From: the human T2T-CHM13v2.0 reference genome, Homo sapiens
Assembly: GCF_009914755.1 (NCBI RefSeq)
Contig: NC_060925.1
Strand: one strand, 5' to 3'
DNA: 64,000 nt
Shown: positions 52,342-64,000 of the stretch, one piece after another
How the letters are laid out: each line of letters opens with the position of its first letter
Numbering within the stretch: the stretch's first letter is position 1
Position numbers and translations under genes: made by a program
The notes under the pieces: generated by a model
Seen by the model: only the letters and a program-made list of their open reading frames with translations
Databases searched by the model: none
What the model was told of the DNA's origin: nothing

Positions 52342-53072
52342 CTCAGACTGGGCTCTCTCAGGACAGGGTCCTGTCTCCCCCCTCAGACTGGGCTGTCTCA
52401 GGACAGGGCCCTGTCTCCTCCCTCAGACTGGGATCTCTCAGGAAAGGGCCCTGTCTCCCCTCTCAGACTGGACTCTCTCAGGAAAGGGCCCTGTCTCCCC
52501 CCTCAGACTGGGCTGTCTCAGGACAGGGCCCTGTCTCCTCCCTCAGACTGGGATCTCTCAGGAAAGGGCCCTGTCTCCCCTCTCAGACTGGACTCTCTCA
52601 GGAAAGGGCCCTGTCTCCCTCCTCAGACTGGGCTCTCTCAGGACAGGGCCCTGTCTCCTCCCTCAGACTGGGCTCTCTTAGGAAAGGGCCCTGTCTCCCC
52701 TCTCAGACTGGGCTCTCTCAGGACAGGGCCATGTCTCCTCCCTCAGACTGGGCTCTCTCAGGACAGGGACCTGTCTCCCTTCTCAGACTGGGCTCTCTCA
52801 GGACGGGGTCCTGTCTCCCCCCTCAGACCCGGCTCTCTCAGGACAGGGTCCTGTCTCCTCCCTCAGACTGGGCTCTCTCAGGACAGGGTCCTGTCTTCCC
52901 CCTCAGACTGGGCTCTCTCAGGACAGGGTCCTGTCTCCTCCCTCAGACTGGGCTCTCTCACGACAGGGTCCTGTCTCCTCCCTCAGACTGGGCTCTCTCA
53001 GGACAGGGCCCTGTCTCCCCCCTCAGACTGGGCTTTCTCAGGACAGGGCCCTGTCTCCCCCCTCAGACTGGG
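52342..53072. repeat. VNTR-type minisatellite, ~18 copies of a 40-bp unit (ctcagactgggctctctcaggacagggccctgtctccccc)
   Basis: Exact 40-bp phase throughout; high unit identity. Confidence 0.97.
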
Positions 53073-55299
53073 TCTCCAGAGGGCAGAGTTCTGCCTTCCT
53101 CTCCGGGGCTCCCTTGAGTGGGGACGTTTCTCCTAAGATTGGGAGACCGCTCAAGAGAGGGCCGAGTCTCCCTGTGAGGCCCGAGCCCCTGAGCACCCTC
53201 CGCTTGGTTTATGCGTGTATCGCACACTCATGCATGCATATCTGGCTGCAGATTTGGAGGTTGCAGAGCTGTCTGCATGAGCCTTAGCTCTGGAGACCTG
53301 GGTTCAAATCCCACACCTGCTAACTTCATTAGCCATGATCTCAGGGAGGTAGTAACAGCTTCCACAAAGTCAGGGCACTGCTTAGGGCTCTGGTTAGGGG
53401 CTGACAGGACACTTTTTTCTTTTTTTTTCAATCACAAAAGTGCCTTCTGCTCGTTAAGCCATGTGCCCTCCCAGGTGGCACCTCATTCTAATAGTTAGGC
53501 CAGGGGTGCCTTGTTAAATTCTCCCCAAATAGCAGGGCAGGCTACCATGGCCCTGCACAGAGGGTGTGGCGTGCCGTGGAAAGTGCTTGCTCAGTGCCCG
53601 GCCTGCTTCCAGCACCCATGGAGCCAAACACCACCTCTGCCAGGTCTCCTGGTGGTGGCAGTGAGTGCCAGGGTCCTCTCTGGGTCTGCCAGCTGCATGG
53701 GGGACACTTTGGTATCTTTGTTTCACCCCTTTATCTTTTTGGGTGTCCACTTGTTCTTAGAGCCAGAGGTTGAAGTGTGTGTGTGTGTGCACATGTGCAC
53801 AGGCAGGGGAGGTTGCAGAATGAAGTTTGCATGAGCCTTAGCTTTGGAGACCTGAGTTCAAATCCCACAGCTGCTAACTTCACTAGCTGTGACCTCAGTG
53901 AGGTAGTCACAGCCGTCCAGGGGAGGGCTGTGGAGAAGGCACAGAGAGAGACTATTCCTTTTCCTTGTCCGTCAAGCTAGGTCCTCTCGGTTCTCTGTCA
54001 GAGACGTCACGGGCCTTCCACCGCACGTTCTGGGACTCTTCCTGCATCTCTCTCTGTGCTCGGGGATTCTAGGTCATGTGCAGAGACTGTATACACACAG
54101 GGAAGCTCTTGCCATCTGTCTTGCCTCTCAAGCAGCAAGCCCCAGGAGGGGCTGTGGACTGGGACAAAACCTATCTCATCTCCTAAGGAGGCCACAACCT
54201 GTCCTCGGGCAGTGGGACCCCCACTGTAAAGAGCCTGCAAGGACTGTGAGCCCCATGAGAGCCCTGACCGTGGCTTCTTCATAGCGACATCCCTGCTTCC
54301 TCGCACTGAATAGCTGCTCAATAAATATTTGCTTCATGAGTGTGTTATGATACAGCATCCATCAGCATCTGTGGCTTCTAGCATTGTGTGTGTCATGACA
54401 AAAATTAAGGCTGAGATTGCATGGCTGCTGGTAGAATGTTCTGGAGCATTTATAGACAGGTAACATATCCCACGCGATAGGGGTCAGTCCTGGCTCCAGA
54501 CTGATTAGCAAAGAAAGGTTTTCACACAACTTTTCTAAGCCCTAAAGAAACAAAAACTTCCATGTCTCCTTCTACCGATTTCATCTCCATCTCCATATGA
54601 CTTTCTGGGCAGGAGAGACAGTTTGGAGCTATAACTTTTGCTCTTCATCCTGAAGTGTCTTGGCCCAACCTTGAATCTTCCAAATAGGCCAGCAGCTGAC
54701 CTTTGACTTGAATATTCCTGAATTTGAGACTATGGATAACAGAGAGAGGGAAATGGACATGACCACTTCCCCTAACCATAGCCTTGCTTACAGACAAGGG
54801 TGTCATCATTAAGCCTCGGTCTGGAGGCCTCTAGATGGAACAGAGGTGTGTATTCTGGCCAATTTAGTCAGAACAAAGGGAAGCCATTATGCAAATGTCT
54901 GATCGTTTAAAACCGCTCTGGCTTTCCTGGAAGAGAATGGGGGAGGAAGCCACGTTTGAAAGTGTCTGCCCACGCCTAGGTCGCTGCTAATTTCATTTTA
55001 ATATTACACCATTGTATGATGAATAACTACGTACCTCAACAGAGCGAAGGGAAGACAGAACGAAAGTGCTCACGGGGAGGCGGGGAGCAGAGGGGTCGAT
55101 AGCACAGATGTTGGCTCTTCCGCTGAACAGCGGGCGGCCTCAGGCACAGGACTCGGCCACTCAGTGCCTCAGTTTCCTCATCTGTAAGACAAGAATGGCA
55201 CTTCCAGGGCTTTTGAGTATGAAATGAGATTATGCATATACAGTGTTCAGTTCATCGTGGGGCAAAATATTAGCTAGTATTATATTGTTACATTCAGGT

Positions 55300-55620
55300 G
55301 TCTGCATGCATGTGTGTGTGTGATGAATGCTTTCGTGTGTGTGTTTGTGGGGAACATTTGTGTGTATTTGTGTATGTGATGAACACATGCATGTGTACAT
55401 GGATATGTGTGTGTGTATGTGATGGATGACTCTGTGTGTGTATGTGACAGACACGTGTGTGTGTATGTCAGGAACACTGCCTGTGTGTGTGTCGTGATGG
55501 ACTTATGTGTGCGCATGTGATGAATACCTGTGCGTATGGGTCTGTGATGTGTATGACACCTCCGTGTGTGTGTACACATGACAGGCACCCACGCGTGGGT
55601 GTGTTTGTGATGGACAGCTG
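55300..55620. repeat. Degenerate TG-rich low-complexity tract
   Basis: Recurrent tgtgtgtatgtgatg words. Confidence 0.8.
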
Positions 55621-56212
55621 TGAGGGGCCAGCACGGGAGGATGTCTGTGCACGTGGAGGTATGAATGTGAAACAGTGCGTACTATTCACATAGTGAAATA
55701 GTGGAATAATGTGAAAGGGCAGAACATAAGCCAACAGCACGTGACTGAGAACTGGGTCCTGTGAGTCTGATTTCCATCTCTACCACACACTTAATATGTC
55801 TGTGACACTGAGCAGGCCCTGCTGCCTATTTTCTCATCTGCGAACTGTGATAAAAGTGATAGCGATAACTGTAGTGATGTTTAGTGAGTGCTTACTATGC
55901 GCCAGGATAACAAACCTCATTCTGGCTACTCCACAGGATCGGTATTAGATGCAAGGGTGGTGCAGAAGTGCTTTACACACCAAGACATCCTGGCACACAG
56001 GAAGGGAGGCCACTGTGGATGTGCACACGTGTGTGTGTGTGTGTGTGTGTGTGCAGAGCACAGCGTCTTTCTCTGTTTCAAGGCCGGGCTGAATGAACAC
56101 ACGCCTGTGTATGGACAACTGCACCCACCTGGGTGTCCATATGTACCCCCCCTACATGGCCACATCTGTGGTTTAATGTCATACCTGTGTTCACACATGT
56201 GCACCCAACTCA

Positions 56213-58672
<2,460 letters not shown>

Positions 58673-61629
58673 CAGAACTCTCTTTCTGTCGGTTTTCAGA
58701 GGGCAGACTGTTTACCTGCTGCTGTTTCCCTTCATGCTCTTGGTCTAAATGCATTGTTCTGGACTTTGGGGGTCATTTTCCATTCTTCTGTTGGCCCTTC
58801 CAGCTTAATGGCATCTTTTCATCTTCAGATGTATTTGTCATGCAAATCCGCAACGACCCTTTCCAATGACACCGCCTCTGAACCATTTAATCAACACACA
58901 GCACAGCTTCAATCAACATATGATCATATTTTACCCAGCCTGCATTTTACAGAAATCAACATTGCTCTCTCGGGAGAGTGCCAAATGCGTTTCTGAAATG
59001 TCTCTAGTGCTCTTGGACTCATCATTCCAGAAATGTTGTTCGAAGTGGACATTAGCAGGATGTAACCTTTTAAAGTGAACCACTGTTGATTCCTGGTGAT
59101 TTCTCTTTTCTCCCTGAGGTGTTAACAAATGACGATGATCACCCAAAGGTGAACACAGCGAGTGCTCTCCACCTGCCAGGCAAGGTTTCCAAATCTTTAC
59201 ATACGTTATGTTGTTTACCCCGGCAAACAACCTTATGAGGAAGGTACTATTGCCATTCTCAATTTACAGGTAAGGAAACACTCTCAGAGAGGTGAAGTAA
59301 CTTGCCCGAGGCCGTACAGCTTGTAGGAGGCAGAGCCATGTTGCTTTGCTAGTGTTATCACATCAGCAGAATAATGTGCTGCAGAGTTCTACCAGGGACT
59401 GGCCTGAAGGTTCTGCCCCAGGCACGACCACCATCTTGTAGGGCCTGCTTGGCACAGTGATCCAGGCCTCTTGATGGAGTCTCCTCTTCACTGGGCTCCA
59501 GAGGGCGCTTCACTCTCTGAATGGCCCACACTCCTCCCTGGTGAATCTTCTTAGGGCAGTTTTGTGGAAAGAGTTTTAATTCACTGGAACTGCAGCAGCA
59601 GGTGTGAGTCTGGCAGTCACAGCCAACAGGACTTATGGGGACTGGGGATAGTGTAGTAAAGGGTAATGATTAAGAGTACAGGCTCAGGGTGAGGCCTCAT
59701 GGATTCCAGATGGATTCCATCCCTTCCTGCTGTGTGTCCTTGGACAAGTTACTTAACCTCTCTGAACTCCAGTCTCTACATCTCTACAGTGGGGAGAATT
59801 ACAGACGATGTGTGGAAAATGGCCAGTGTCAAGGAGGTGCTCTGTAAATGCACCATCATCCCAGCCTCATTTGTCAGACTTCAGTGGCCTGGACCCCCTC
59901 TCTTACCAATTTCCTCAATTAGTTTCTCTCCAGTGGCACAGTTCAGGTTCTGGACTGGGCAGGGCGTTGCTGGTGCTGGATAGGTGGGTGGGCTTGGTTA
60001 CTGGCCACCCTTGAGGTTACTGGTGTGGGTTGGGGTGGGACAGCCAGAGACCCATGCAGTGACAGATGGGGGAGCTGAGACCTGGAGAGAGGAAGTCTGC
60101 GTTGGCCTGCTCTGTCCTCTGAGGAAGGGGGGTTCCCTGGCCCCTTCCAAAGGAGACTGGTTCCCAGATGCACCCCTGCTGGCACTGTGACTGTGTGGTC
60201 TTTTTGGGCTTCTGTGTCTGTCCTGTGGAGACACTGGCCTTTTGCCTGGCCCCTTCTCAGACCAGGGGATCCCTTGGAAGGAACCACATGTCCCTCAGAC
60301 TAGACTCCTCCAGCCTTGACTTTACCTCCATTCAGACCAGGGCCTCCAATGACAAGGCCTCTCCCCTCAACAGAGCCTTCCAGAACATGTGCAAGGCTGC
60401 CCCCTCTGACAGGGGCTATTCCAGGGCAGGGCTGTGCTGTCCCTGTCAGAATGGGGGGTGCCCAAAGAGAGGCTGTGCCTCCCCAGACCAGGACATGAGT
60501 TGGGTCTTCCCCCTTAGGAAGCTCCTTGAGGGTCAGAAATGTATCTCTCCCTTCACGGTTGAGATGCTCAAAGAGAGGTTGTAGCTTCTCCTCCACAATC
60601 TGGGGCTCTCCAGAGACAAGGGTTGTGTCTTCCTCAGAGGAACTGGGGTTCCCCTGGGATCAACTTGTGTCTCCTCCCTCAGACTAGACCTCCCCAGCCT
60701 GTTACCTCTGGGCTGGACTGTCTCTTCCCTCAGACTAGGGCTCCCAGGGTGGGGCATTTGTTGCCCTGTGGCTGCTCCCCCATGCCCTGGCCGAAAGTTC
60801 AGTGCCAGGCAAGTAATTGAATTCTTGCACATTAACAAGTCAATTACGGAGTCTTAATGAGTCCTGAGTAATCTCAGACCTGCATGTTAATTGAATAGCT
60901 GTCCCGGTTCTAATCCACTGGAAGTTAATCATTAGGGAATTAGGAAATGTCAGCTGGGAACTTCATTAAGCTAGTGAGGGTGGGTTCTGGCTGGGAAAGA
61001 GAGGGATCCAGGGATGCAGTGATGGAGGAGAGTCCTGAGTCATAGGATGGGGTGGCCCATCAGGGGGTGGGGGTGGGGCACATGGCTGCAGGGTCCCAAC
61101 CTCCTCTGAAGATCAGGGTCAGGAGTGACCCCACCCTGAGTCCTGGGAAGAACCCCTACTTCCCCTGTTCCTCATCCCCGGGCTGGTCCTGCACAGGCCT
61201 CCCCGCCCCCGCCCTGCCTCAGTCTCCAGTCCAGGAAAGCCCAGGAAGAGGCAACAATGCCCAGAAAGTGCTGAGTGCACAGCAGGGCGGGCACGGGAGG
61301 GCTCAGAAGCAGGAATTCCCTCACCCTTCCTGGGTTTGCCACACCCCTGCCCTGCCGCCAGCTCTCCTACCCCTCCTCTGCCCTGCTGTGTACCCCGGGA
61401 GGCAGAACCTGTGGAGGGCAGAGCCCCCTCTGGCTTCCAGTTGGGTCTGGCTAATGGGAGGCTTCTGTGAGGGGGCAGCCCAAGGCTTCCCCATCCCTGT
61501 TGCCCCCTTAACCCTGCCCACACCTCTGCAACCAGGGCAGGTGTGAAACCCTCTCTCTGGAGCCCTGAGCAGTCTGTTCCCAGCCAGAGCCCTGATTAAC
61601 ACACCTGCCAGAATGATCCTGAGCCAGGG

Positions 61630-61634
<5 letters not shown>

Positions 61635-61666
<32 letters not shown>
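61635..61666. repeat. (TG)n microsatellite
   Basis: Direct observation. Confidence 0.95.
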
Positions 61667-61671
<5 letters not shown>

Positions 61672-62101
61672 TGTGGTGGGGGGGATGGGCTGGGGGCAAT
61701 GCTAATTGGATACAGCCTCGCCCAGTATGAGGGCAGGTGCCCACCAGGGGCCTGGCATCTCCGTGTCCAGTGAGGAGGCAGCAGCAGGCTGGGGTTGGAG
61801 TTTGGAGGCCACACCTGGGACAACACTCCAGGTGAATTCCGGGCAGAATGCTTCGCCCTGACTGGCATCTGGCCTCGGAGTCCTGAAAAGTCCCATTAGG
61901 AGGAAGCTTTGGGTTCCAAGTGTTGGGCAGAGAGAAATCTTGATTTATACAAAGACTTGGGCTGGGCTCTGGGCTGTAACTGGGAAGCTGGGCAATTCTG
62001 GTGATGCGACTTGGGATGAGAGATGGGGCCTTGGGCTCTAAGAGTTGGGGGTCCTGGGGTCAGAGGTCTGTGCAGTAGTGAGCTCTGGATGGGTTGGTGG
62101 G

Positions 62102-63951
<1,850 letters not shown>

Positions 63952-64000
63952 GTGGGTCACTCCAGGCTTTGAGCAATGAGAGTAAAAGTCCTTCCCAATT

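Noticed and set aside
52342-53072. CRISPR-like regular array
   Set aside because: Units are head-to-tail with no unique spacers, there are no cas genes, and the context is human.
52233-53117. 294-aa ORF (and overlapping 191-aa ORF) with repeated peptide
   Set aside because: Translation of the 40-bp VNTR; non-ATG start and no splice or promoter evidence.

Overview
This is human genomic DNA, recognisable as the CSF3R (G-CSF receptor) locus at 1p34.3. Bases 1-~13.8 kb hold the 5' part of CSF3R on the minus strand: two non-coding exons plus coding exons 3-11 (signal peptide, Ig domain, cytokine-receptor homology domain with WSDWS, FNIII repeats), all with GT-AG junctions. The gene runs off the left edge. 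The C/EBP + PU.1 myeloid promoter lies at ~13.75-13.85 kb. The remaining ~50 kb is upstream intergenic DNA: dense Alu/MIR/L2/L1/MaLR/DNA-transposon repeats, a truncated HERV-K(HML-2) provirus ~6 kb upstream, a 40-bp VNTR and several motif-dense unique islands that look like enhancers. Almost all ORFs in the supplied track are Alu, VNTR or chance ORFs. I found no new protein-coding system. The most unusual signals are: (1) the HML-2 fragment has one precise LTR end, one broken pol end and a ~172-bp flanking duplication; (2) a 17-nt patch in its env appears copied from unique DNA 2.6 kb away; (3) a MIR-derived CSF3R exon creates a strong-Kozak uORF exactly at a splice junction; (4) a triplicated C/EBP site cluster sits 4.2 kb upstream of the TSS; (5) the young VNTR has an old degenerate sister array 7 kb away. 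Repeat subfamily calls and comparisons with consensus sequences are from memory and need RepeatMasker/alignment confirmation.
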